Source: Octopus vulgaris
Taxonomy: Eukaryota
Direction of reading: 5' to 3'
Assembly (NCBI GenBank): GCA_951406725.2
Contig: OX597815.1
Coordinates: 79,484,001-79,548,000 of the forward strand
DNA: 64,000 bases
Shown here piece after piece: positions 37,987-51,410 of the stretch. Positions within the stretch are counted from its first letter, which is position 1. Each line of letters starts with the position of its first letter. The notes below the pieces were generated by a model that worked only from the letters and a program-made list of their open reading frames with translations, searched no databases and had not been told where the DNA came from. The translations under genes were made by a program, and so were the position numbers.

Positions 37987-39270
37987 CTTGCTTCTCAACC
38001 ACATGATTCTGAGTTCAGTTTGTAGGGATCTAGCTTGACCCGACCTGAGATTTGAAACTAAATCTACCCGCTTGTTGCTTGTTAAGACAAGCAGGGAATC
38101 CTCTCCACACCAGATAATTGATGAGGAAATACTCGACGCCCTAGGACCTGTGCTGGTAAAGGGAAGGCCAGTCCTTTGTTTAGAGTTTGACCTACATTAC
38201 TGACTATAGTCTATATAACAGAGAACAGTACCTATCTCTTCTTCTTTTGTATCAGCTAGACTAAGGAGCAACCACCCGCTTTTGCGTCATCTTTAACCAA
38301 AAGCAGCACTTCCCTTCGCCTTTTGCTCGACATGCGTAAAGAGGCTTTCGGCCGCAAGAAAGGTGATGCCGCTTTTATTCGTTCTTTGTTTCTAGTCAGC
38401 ACCGTGCATTCCTTACTCTTTCACTCTCTACTGACAGACAACCTTTTCCTACACTATCAACTACTAACCAGCGAACCGACCTTGTTACTATCACTAGAAT
38501 TGCTACTGTCTCTTTAACTACATGTCGGGCAAACGAATAAATATATGTAAATAATATTTCTTCCTTCTTGGTGTTGATTGTTCGATGTTCACTGGTTACT
38601 CCGACGCGAGACCGTTAAGCGTTACATCTACATGTTACATCATATCGACCGAGTATCACATTTTTCATCCAGTCCGCCACAACTGGCGACCCCGAGCTAA
38701 AAGATTTACAGCCTTCATCTAACAGCCGTTGCCGCGTATGTTTCCCGACGTTCTCATACACGATTGCCTCTATTTTACCAACTTAATTGCATTTGGAAAA
38801 TGAAGACAATTTTTTTGTTTTACGGGTAAATTTTCTATTTCGTCGCTACATTCTGGTGACCCGAGCTCAAGAATTACAGCCTTCACATCATGCTCCACCG
38901 ACACGATATACACCCACCATGTACTTTGAGCCTGCCACAGAATGCACTCCACTACGTTGCACAGCCACGAAAGAACCATCTACAATAAAACAAAACGAAA
39001 CATTTCGACAACGATCCGACAAAAAACTACCTGGAAATATGGAAGCCAGCACATGCAACGTTCTCCACAGCCACAAACTTTTCGAACGCAGTCCTACATT
39101 TAACCTGCATGCCACGCTAACTTTTGTACATAGACTTTAACTTTCTTTACACGCACATTTCAAATGCTACTTTTTAGCTTTTCAGGACCAGAACATTTTC
39201 TAGTCAAGTTTGTCATTTTCATTCTGTTTTGTTTGCACTGCACACGCTCATTTATTTACACATAAATAAA

Positions 39271-40417
<1,147 letters not shown>

Positions 40418-42164
40418 ATATGTTTTTGAATGTTCTATATTTTTCTAATGTTTTTTTTTTCTCGTTGGCCACTGGTATTGTACATTTCATGCACACGCAT
40501 TGTTCACCTGTTTTTATTACATGGTTTCTGCTAAATGTTCTTTTGAATGTCTGCAATTTCTTTCTTCGCACGCTGACCCATTTATGCACTGCTCTGTATT
40601 TTGTTTGTAAAACAAAACAAAATTTTTTCTCAACGTTCAAATACAAACCTGCGGGCTTGCACCCACTTTCATACATGCACCAAAACATGATTCCTTTAGA
40701 GTCGTCTTCTCATGTCTGTGCCCGCTCAACTCTTTTCCCCGACTCTGTATACGTCGGATGTCAGCTGATGCTCTCTGTGCCCTTGCCAGACACATCTTGC
40801 CTCTGTTCGGCCCCAGGTTAGTCACGAAGTTAATAGAGAAAATTGTCATACGCAACGCGCCAGCATGCAACATTGTCGTCGTTCTGGCTAATCTTAGCAA
40901 ATGCCTGCGTCAACAACGTCTTACACATTTCACTTCTACATCCCTTCAAGGCATTTTCACACAAAATGCAATCCTGCAAGAAAACTTTTGCTGATATCAT
41001 AGATAGAGAATGCACACACTCATTCGCCTCAGATTATTCCAGAGCTGCAAGACTTTCTCTCACACTCATGTATACGCCCTTGCATGCTCACTCACTGCCT
41101 CAATCGCGCACCGACTGCAATATTCTGTATTCTGCGCACGCAAAGCGATACCGCTATTCGGACTCACACGAATAGATACTTGTCCCGTATACATTCTCAG
41201 GATTCTTTCTCCTGATATGTACAATTTTTCTCAGCCTTGCATCACATTTACCAACAACAAAGTACTTTTCACAATCGAACGTTATTTTCACCTTGTCTTA
41301 AAATGCATTTTTGTATGAATGCACTCTTTTCCCTTGATCGTTCGTTTCTGTTTTTAGAAACTCTCTAGCGGGAGAGTAGTGTAGGGATCTAGCTTGACCC
41401 GACCTGAGATGTGAAACCAAATCTACCCGCTTGTTGCTTGTCAAAACAAGCAGGGAATCCTCTCCACACTAGATGATTGATGAGGAAATACTCGACGCCC
41501 TAGGACCTGTGCTGGTAAAGGAAAGGCCAGTCCTTTGTTTAGGGTTTGACCTACATTACTGACTATAGTCTATATAACAGAGAGCAGTTCCTATCTCTTC
41601 TTCTATTGTATCAGCCAGACCAAAGAGCAGCACCCGCTTTTGCGTCATCTTTAACCAAGAGCAGTACTTCCTTTCGCCTTTTGCTCGACATGCGAAAAGA
41701 GGCTTTCGGCCGCAAGAAAGGTGATGCCACTTTTATCCGTTCTTTGTTTCTAGTCAGCACCGTGAATTCCTTACTCTTTCACTCTCTACTGACAGACAAC
41801 CTTTTCCTACACTATCAGCTATGAACCAGCGAGCCAACCTTGTTGTCACTATCACTAGAATTGCTACTGTCTCTTTAACTACCTGTCGGGCAAACGAATA
41901 AATATATATATATAAATGATATTTCTTCCTTCTTGGTGTTGATTGTTCGATGTTCACTGGTTACTCCGACGGGAGACCTTTAAGCGTTACATCTACACGT
42001 TACATGTAGTAGTGGGCTACATCATATCGACCGGGTATCTTTCATCCAAACCGCTATAAGTTTCACTGCGTGGCACTCTGAGCAAGTATCTTCTAGTATA
42101 GTCTCGAGTCGACCAAAACTTTGTGAGTGGATTTGTAGACGGAAACTGAAAGAAGCATGTCGTA

Positions 42165-42231
<67 letters not shown>

Positions 42232-42458
42232 GTGTGTGTGTGTGTGAGTGAGAGAGAGAGAGCGAGCGAGAGAGAAGGAGTGACGGAAATAGGTAAGAGT
42301 GTAGACTCGAAACGTAAAAGTTTTTTTCTATTTTTCCCGAGCGTCAGTTAATACACTTTCTTGTTGTTCCTACACCTGCCTTCCTCTTTGTTTTTCCATA
42401 AATTTGAACTATATATATATATATATATTTTTTTTTCTTTTGCCCTTGTTTATAAGTT

Positions 42459-42506
<48 letters not shown>

Positions 42507-42834
42507 AGAGAGAGAGAGAGAGAAAGCCCTTAGTACTACCGGTAGTATGTAACCTTGAATAAACTGTCGCATAGTCAGACTGTCGGCGACTAAACTGGCA
42601 AGCCTGTTTGGTAAGGAGGGTGGTCTTCACTGGATACCCTGTCACTGTCCTGTACATTCGTTAGCTATTTCCAGTGGATTTTCGCCACTGGCGCCACAAA
42701 AAGTGATCAATATCAACACTAAAGGCACGAAATTGTAATGATGTTTTGGACGTTGGCTAATGAGGAATAAGCTACGAATTTTCTTTTTGTTATGCTTTTG
42801 TAAAACTTTCCGTTTGTTGCGGTTTTGTTAAATT

Positions 42835-42896
<62 letters not shown>

Positions 42897-42899
<3 letters not shown>

Positions 42900-43667
42900 T
42901 GATTTGTTTGTGTTCCGTGTTCGTCCCTTCCTGTATTTCACGTTCTTTATATATAAAAACATTTATTCTTATATTATTGCGGCGTTACGTGCACCCCCCC
43001 CCGTTTGTTTATCCAATTTTAAACCCTGCACGACTTCTATATACTTTCTCTTTCCTACCCGCCATTGCTTCTTTACCAAACTATTTTGGCGCCCTCCGAT
43101 TCTTCCCCCCTCTTCCTCCCATCCTCCTCAATCCCTTCTTTCTCCTTTTCTCTTGGTCACTGATTCTGTCCCCTGCCTCCCACCCTTTTTGATTCCCTCT
43201 CTCTCTGTCTCTCTTTCTCTCTCTCTCCTGCAACCTGCTGCTTCTTAACCATTCTGTTGGCGATCGTATCTCGACCAACATGTGTCCCCTCTACCGAAAA
43301 GGTAATTATTTCTACGCCAGCTGCTATGTTGTTGTTGTTTTTGTCTCATTTGGTCTAAAGTCGTAAGACAACCACCGTTATATTTTGTTTATCCATTACT
43401 GTTTTCAATTTCGTTTTCGTCTCTTGTATTTACATCCGTCTCTTGCGTTTACATTCTTGTCTTCTACCAAGAAATCTAATGCTTACAGCTTAGTTTTTTC
43501 TTGGGGCTGGCCGAGTTGGAGCAAATATCAGAATTGAACAGCCGAAATTTGCTATGATGATTCGGTGTCTGACTGAAGATTGAAGGCTTCGAATGATTTG
43601 TCTGTGTTCCGTGTTCGTCCCTTCCTGTATTTCACGTTCTTTATATATAAAAACATTTATTCTTATA
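42897..43667. mobile_element. ~770-bp element with 77-bp terminal direct repeats between (TA)n tracts (solo pLTR-like)
   Basis: gaatgatttgtytgtgttccgtgttcgtccc...tattcttatat occurs at 42897-42973 and 43591-43667 with one mismatch. Confidence 0.65.
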
Positions 43668-43681
43668 TATATATATATATA

Positions 43682-44562
43682 CAGGGTGGGTGGAAAGTAA
43701 CTTGACATTAGAAATTGTTTATAGAATTTTTAGTATCACTGAAGTTACGACGAACCATTTTTTAAACAGACAGCACTAACGGGGATGTCTTATTTTCTTA
43801 TTTCTTATTTTCCATATGGCCTGTCGCTTGATTGTTCAGGAGCGAGCCAAGGTAGCAGCATGCCATGAAGTGTGGAATTTCATTGTTTTGTTTCAGAGAT
43901 TGTGGCGTACATGGAAAGGTAAATATGCGACACTATGTCCGGAGACAATAAAAAGTTGTTATGCAAAGCTGAGGACCACAGGCTCTGTGAACGATGCAAG
44001 AAGTGGCCGTCCAACCACATCCCAATCAGCGGAGAACGTAGCAATAGTGCAGCGAATGTTTAATCGCAGCGTGCAAAAATCAATACGTCAAGCAGCTCGT
44101 GAAAGTGGACTAACAAGACACACAATATGTACGGTGTTGCATAAAGGATTTAATGTTCGTCCGTGGAAACCCCATTACGAGCAGGAGCTAAAACTTGAAG
44201 ACTGCGACCGCAGAAGTCCAGAACTCAAAGAAGTTCAGATGTCACTCTATGTGATTTTTACCTGTGGAATTAAACAAAAGAGGTGTACAAGACAAAACTT
44301 CGCACACTGGAGGACTTGGAGACACAGAGTCAAGAAGTTCTCAATGATATCTCAGACGACGTCCTTCAGAAGGTTGTTCATTCCATCCCTGGCCGTTTGA
44401 GGAAACTGGTTGACACCACCTGTGCTTACATTGAAATATGGAGATTTACTTTCATTTTCCCATGTAATAAAGAACATGTATAATTTTTTTTCAATAATTT
44501 TGTAAAAGGAATATGGATTTTATTATCAATTTTTAATGTCTACTTACTTTTCATCCACCCTC
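43682..44562 (+). mobile_element. Internally deleted Tc1/mariner-superfamily transposon
   Basis: Imperfect TIRs cagggtgggtggaaagtaacttgacatt/aatgtctacttacttttcatccaccctc with TA flanks. The ORF from 43816 has an HTH region (TGSVNDARSGRP, KSIRQAARESGL) joined to a C-terminal remnant (YKTKLRTLEDL...IPGRLRKLVD); the catalytic DD region is missing. Confidence 0.88.
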
Positions 44563-44590
44563 TATACATATGAAGAAGAACACGAGAGGG

Positions 44591-44664
44591 GTTCAAAATT
44601 CACAACTGTTTCGACGACATTTTATGATGCATTCTTAGAGTACATCTTCAGGTAAATTTTAAAC
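44591..44664 (-). ncRNA. Degenerate hammerhead-like motif, same family as 6403-6500
   Basis: Minus strand gtttaaaatttac-CTGAAGA-...-cGAAAC-AGTT-GTG-aattttgaac. Confidence 0.5.
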
Positions 44665-45024
44665 ACAAACAGGTAAGGCAGATGTAGAAGATAGATAGAT
44701 AGATAAAGAGAGAGAAAAAGAGAAAGTGTGTGTGTCAGAGAAAGAGAGGGAGAGAGAGAGAGAGAGGGGGGGGGAGAAAGAAGTGGGAGCTATATTATTC
44801 AGTGTGCCTAGGGTCTGACTTGAGAGAGATTTGGTTGCTATTTCTTGCGGAACAAGTGACTACGCAAAGGCTCCCTTGTGTAACGTTTACATTTTCTTCA
44901 TATGTGATGAGATAGATTGATTTAAGCTAGTTTAAATTTTGAATCGAAACCGCATCGTATATCGACCGCCTTTCGTTTCACTGCGCCCAACGGGCTTAAA
45001 AAACTAAAGTAACAGCGTATAGTT

Positions 45025-45062
<38 letters not shown>

Positions 45063-47625
45063 TACGATGGCTAATTTTATGTTGTTGAATTACACTGAAT
45101 AAACTTTACTGATGTAGCTTTAATTTCAATAGAAAGCCATGAGCATGTTCGTGTATATCTATGTGTATGCGTTCATCTTTGCGTATGCTTTTGTGCGCGC
45201 GCTGTGTGTGTGTATGTGTGGGGTGGGTGGGTTGATTGGGGGATGCGCGCGTGCGTGTGTGTATGTGTGGATATGATTATGTCTGTCGGCAACAAGTCTT
45301 TGAGAATTATTTCAAATACGTGTCGGCAATGCAACAATCAAACAAACACCTAAATGAAAAGAAACAAAGAAACAAAGAAAAAAAAAAGAGAACTAGACAT
45401 TACATTCAGTCAACCGTCACTTTGAGTGCATCAAATGCAATTGTTATAACTCGTGCTGCACACTCGAGTGTTTAGAAAGGTATCGTATTATCTGAGTCCA
45501 CGGCTGATGTTTTTTTAAAAATCAAATATCGCCTAGATCAACTTTACCTTTCATATTTCCGTGAGATGGAGGTCGATAAAATAAAATACTATTCAAGTAG
45601 TCGTTTGAATCGACTCTGCTGCCTTTCTCCTTATAAATTCGAAGCCTTGTTTTAACAACCGTAGAGAGCTGAGCGGAACCGTAGATCAGGAGCTTAACTT
45701 GTGTTTTATACTAACTGGACGTGATATTAGAAATACTAGCGATGAAGTAGTGTCAATTCAGCCGACAATGCTCTCCTTTTACAAACTGTGGCTTTGTGTC
45801 CATCTAAAACAAAATCAATATTTGAGTATGACAAGAAGGGTGGAGAGTTGTTGGAAGCAGGCTGGAGTAAGTATATTGGATTATTTCACTTTACTCCTTT
45901 ACATTCTTAATCAAATCATACTGGGTTTCATTTACATTGAAAGTTATATCTTGTACAGAATGTTGCAAACCAACACCAAAACACTTTTATTCTTTATATA
46001 GTATTTTATTGTTTATAACAATGAATCTCTACCTTCTGAGTGTTACAGCTGGTAGACAGTTACATAAGCTGAGTCATTGATATTGCCTACATCACGATTA
46101 CATAAAGGACTATCAATCTTAGACTAGAAGACCATTCTCTCATCATTCCGATCAGAAGTGGTCCTATTATTAAACTACAAGTGAAGTTTAATGTTGCTGT
46201 CAAACAAAACCTTCGTCATTTTTATGCCTTCCCACTTCTGCCTAGGACAATAAACACTGTCTTTCTTCTTCTCTTCAGGACATCAATTAACAGCTTAAAG
46301 ATTGGGCCACCGAGAGCGATAGTGTAACGATGATGATTAAATAAAATCTGTTGATTATTAAGTTTTCTTCAGGTATTATTAGACTTATATGAAAAATAAA
46401 TGTTTCATTTTAAATAACTCTTTGAGGATATAGATTTACATTCAGTTACAAAGAAATATAGATGTAGTTATATTACACTCACAAAAATGGTTGAAATTAT
46501 AATCCATACAAAGTTGGAAAAGTATTATAAGCCTCATTCTTATTAATTTCCATTCGGTGCTGTAGCATGGTTTTTCTATGGTATGCTATCCCCTCGCTTA
46601 ATCATTTTTCCATTTCTGGAGTAAGAAATGCTGTCAGTGGTGTCCCACGATTCTTCTCTCAGTACAACGTAGAGTATGAGACAAAAAGAGAAAGAGAGAA
46701 GAATTGATCTCTGATACTCAACTGGTACTTTATTTAACGAACCTGTGAGAATGAAAGGCAAAGTCTACTTCAGCGGGATTTAAACGCACAGAGACTCGGA
46801 TCAGATGCTACAAGGCAGTGTGGCTCTAACAACTCTGCCAATTCACCGCTTTTAATAACACCTTAAACTTGTTCATTTCCAAGCACTGTAATAATAATAA
46901 AGATCTTTCATATCCTACATTCTGATAAGTTAGATATTTTCAGACAGTTACATTGGTTTTACAGCAGAAGTGGTTGAAAACCTTTTAAACATATTTTGTC
47001 CCTGTAAATTTGAAATCAGTATGTGAATTAGTTAACTTCAAACTGCTCAAAATAAGAAAATAAATAAGCTGAAATAGGAAAAGCAATTATAATAGACTAT
47101 ACACGATAATATAAGTTTGAAGCAGAGAAAAAGCATCGAAAGTTAGTACCCTTGCACTTTGAGGCTTTCACAATAGCTTGGTACTCTAAATTAAGGTTAG
47201 AAATAAAATGCCACGCTAGTCTATTAATTTTTAATAAATCTGATAGAAAAATAGCTTAAGGAACCTCAAGTGATACCAATCTGTTTGTAATAAATTACAT
47301 TAAAAAAATTTGATCACGTCCGCTAATTTGTTCCTATTTTATGAATGTAAAATACATCTCTTGTCTTAACAACAGATGATGATGATGATGATAACGACGA
47401 TGACGACGATGATGTTATTGGGGAATCAACAAGTGGAACATTCCTAGGACATTATATAATTTGTGTGGGGTTTATAACAAAAGATGAGCGGAAAGAAAGA
47501 CAGAAATGATTTCTGGAAGTTGTATATGTGGTGAGACCGAAAGTCCTACAGAACAGACTAGCAGGTTGACTCTCATCGATGGTCAGACTATCCCCAAGGA
47601 CGTCATTACACTTGTCCAACACTAA

Positions 47626-48015
47626 TCTCTCTATATAAAGCTGAAGTTGTCTGTGTGTGGCAGGTTTGGTAGCCTTCAACTAACACTATCTCCTCCGAGA
47701 CACTGCGGCGCAAGTTGACCAAATTTGAAGGTATGATAGAAGAAGGCTTGCTCTTCATTCCGTAGAAGATAAAATTCAAATCGGATCATGTTAAGACCAA
47801 AAATTATTTACATCAAAAAGGTGCCTTTTTTCTATGAAAATCCCTATATTTTACGATTTTTTGACTACTGTGTCGCCATTTTTCGGTGTATTTCAATCAG
47901 AAAAATGTTCCCTTAAAGTGAATAACAAGCTACATTATGCAAAATTTTTACTTTTCAAAAATTCCAATTTTAAAGGGTCGAAGCAAACCCGAGCAACGCC
48001 GGGCAATACTGCTAG
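47626..48015 (+). mobile_element. Non-autonomous Helitron
   Basis: 5' TC, 3' CTAG, subterminal hairpin cccgagcaacgccggg, inserted between A and T with no TSD. Confidence 0.88.
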
Positions 48016-48546
48016 TCCTCTATAAAACGCTCAAGGGAAATTTTAACTGACCGCATTGCCCGACTAGTAAAGGGCTCTGAGTACCCAACAACATTCATAA
48101 ATTCAAACACTCTCTCTAGGTTTTCGTTTGATACAGGACTGCAGTTCTTTGAAAGACGAACTGAGGAGAAAACTACGGTTGACAGGCGGTGACTATACGT
48201 ATTCGCCGTCAAGTCTGCACATCCACATCATTAACTGTAGCACGCCCAGTTCTTCATTCAGCGAGTCTTGACAGTAAATGGATCGTCTGACAAATGGAAT
48301 GCATCTCGTCCATAGAAAACGGACGGAAAAGCAGACGCTCCAGCTTGTTTCCATGTGAAATGGGGCAAAGCACAATATATTGTATATATGTATCATATAT
48401 ATATAACGAATGAAGATTATTTTTTGTATCGGTTGTAATTGTTTTGTAACGGCAAGTTGTAGGACGTGAAATATGAACAATGCATGAAGTTTTAAGAAAA
48501 TATTTATTTACTGTTACGTTGAAAATACCTTGCCTCGTCGGGCAGG

Positions 48547-48611
<65 letters not shown>

Positions 48612-48612
<1 letters not shown>

Positions 48613-49279
48613 TAGCAGTATCGCCCGGCGTTGCTCGGGTTTGTAAGGGAAATAACTATATAAGCATTTTTAGAGAGTTATAAAAAATAGCAAAAAAATG
48701 CATTTAAAAATGGAATAAAAAATGATGGTAATTTTTTTTTTAAATCGTTGACTCATCATAGACATTTTTAGAGAGTTACTTCCCTTATATAATAGCGAAA
48801 AAATGCATTAAAATGGAAAAAATGATGGTAAATTTTTTTTTAAATCGTAGACTCATCGTAGACGCTTTCTTAGCCATTTCTGTTTTGGTGTCTTCAAGCC
48901 ATGAAGTCGTTGTTCTAAAAGAACGCTGGTCTCCTTGACAACGCTTTACGACGTTGATTTCCTTACACTCCCTTCCCCACAGCTTCACGAGGGAGGGAAG
49001 AAGGGGAAGAAGCAAACAGGTGCAGGTGTGACCATGGACGCCAACTCCGCCGCCATCGACACACGAAAAATTATGCATTAAAATGGAATAAAAAATGATG
49101 TTAAATTATTTTTAAAATCGTAGACTCATCGTAGATGCGCGCTAATACTCAGACGGGCTCGATATGAATAACGACTATAAGATACCCGAATTTGGTTAAA
49201 CTGCACCGCAAAATGTGGGAGTAGTTAGGAATTTAAATCGAAGGGGACAGACACTCACACAACTACAGTTTTATATATA
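48612..49279 (-). mobile_element. Non-autonomous Helitron (first of a tandem pair)
   Basis: The minus strand ends cccgagcaacgccgggcgatactgctag; the 5' end reads tatataaaactgtagttgtgtgagtgtctgtc. Confidence 0.85.
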
Positions 49280-49281
49280 TA

Positions 49282-49774
49282 CTAGCAGTATCGCCCGGCG
49301 TTGCTCGGGTTTGTAAGGGAAATAACTATATAAGCATTTTTAGAGAGTTACTTCCCTTATAAATTCGGGCTTTCTTAGCCATTTTTGTTTTGGTGTCTTC
49401 AAGCCATGAAGTCGTTGTTCTAAAAGAACGCTGGTCTACTTCACAACGCATTACGACGTTGATTTCTTTACACTCCCTTCCCCACAGCTTCACGAGGGAG
49501 GGAAGAAGGGGGAGAAGCAAACAGGTGCAGCTGTGAGCGTGGACGCCAACTCCGCCGCCATCGACACACGATGCATTTTATGCATTAAAATGGAATAAAA
49601 AATGATGTTAAATTATTTTTAAAATCGTAGACTCATCGTTGACGCACGCTAATAGTCAGACGGGCTCGATATGAATCACGACTATAAGATACCCGAATTT
49701 GGTTAAACTGCACCGCAAAATGTGGGAGGAGTTAGGAATCTAAATCGAAGGGGACAGACACTCACACAACTAGA

Positions 49775-49785
<11 letters not shown>
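49282..49785 (-). mobile_element. Non-autonomous Helitron (second, shorter tandem copy)
   Basis: Same termini and internal sequence as 48612-49279, lacking ~170 bp of internal subrepeats. Confidence 0.85.
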
Positions 49786-49820
<35 letters not shown>

Positions 49821-50788
49821 CATATTGATATTCATGTCGTTGAATCTTTGAATTTCTGAATTCAACTGTGTTGTTGCAATAAAAGGTGTGTTTACGTATT
49901 TGGGTAATATATTAAAGTCTTAAAGTTTTCTTGAGATGTTCGTTTGTCTGTCCAGTTGGAGACTACAGTAGGACTTTTGCAATAAAAAGTATGTTTATAT
50001 TTTCGAATACTCAGGGAGAGAGAGAGAGTCAAAAAGAAAAGAAAGCGAGTTGTAGATAGTAAAGTTTTAAGATTTGGTGGCGAGCTAACTGAATCGTTAG
50101 CATACGAGGGGAAGTGCTTAGCCGTATTTCGCCCGTCGCTACGTTGTGTTCAAATTTCGCAGAGGTCAACGTTGCCATTCATTTTTTTGGAGTCGATAAA
50201 TTAAGTAGCAGTGAAACACTGGGGCCAATGTAAACGACTAGTCCTCTCCCCCAAAATTTCAGGCCCCGTGCCGATAGTAGTAAGGGTTATTATTACTATT
50301 CTTAGCCCCGTCAAGGAGACTAGTTTCAGACTCAGTGAAGGTTGAAGGCAGACACTTTTTTTGACCGAAAACATTTCAACCAAATAAATAAAAGAAAATG
50401 AAATAAAATATAACAAAAAGTAACCGAATATGAATTCATAACGTACTTCTAATTTAAGTTAGAAAAACATCCAAGGGAGATAATTTCAAGATAAACACTT
50501 TCCAAGGGAGGTAACAAATATTTTGAGTTAGGTCCCTTGTACGAAGAGCACATTCGGTGATCAGGGTAGAATGATTTCAAATCTTCTGAGCGTGGATGCT
50601 ACATATTATGACGTCTTCATATAATATAATAGGCAGATATTATCAAGTTCATGCTAAACCTGAAGTCGCTTCAATAAAATAGCGCTCATTCAAAATAAAT
50701 CTATAACAACTATTTTTACATATATGGGAGTCAAATAACAAGTGTGTGTATGTGTGTGTTTATGTGTGTGTGTAAGTGTATGTATGTA

Positions 50789-50852
<64 letters not shown>

Positions 50853-51163
50853 TGTGTGTGTGCGCGCGCGCGGCTCGCTTTGCAACCAAGTGGTTTTCGG
50901 TTCAGTCCCAGCGCTTGGCCTCTTGAGAGCAAGCGTCTACTACAGTAGTTCCAGGCTGACCAATATCTCGCGGGTGAATTCACTGGACTGAAGCGCGTCG
51001 TATTCATGTACTTGTTTATGTTCGTGTTTGCCTTACCAGCACAGCTTGACAACCATCGTTGTTCTGTTTCAGTTTCCGTAGCTAATCGATTCAGCAAACA
51101 GCACTGGTAGAACAAGTACCAACTTCAAAAATTGACACTGGAGTCGATTTGTTAGACTAAAAA

Positions 51164-51210
<47 letters not shown>

Positions 51211-51410
51211 ATGCAAACAACACACAGTACACACACACACAATACACGCACAACATACAAAATACACACGCATGTGTGTGTATGTGCATACGTGTGTGTA
51301 CGCGCGTTCGTGCGTGTGTTTGTGCATGTGTATGTGTGTGTGTGTGTGTATATAGACGTGTGGTAAGAGGTTTGCTGCTCAAGCACGCGATAGCCAGTTT
51401 AGTCAATTTG

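Noticed and set aside
47490-48400. Coding-looking sequence split by the Helitron
   Set aside because: After removing the Helitron, the frames I checked are still interrupted and I recognise no protein family; probably a decayed retroelement.
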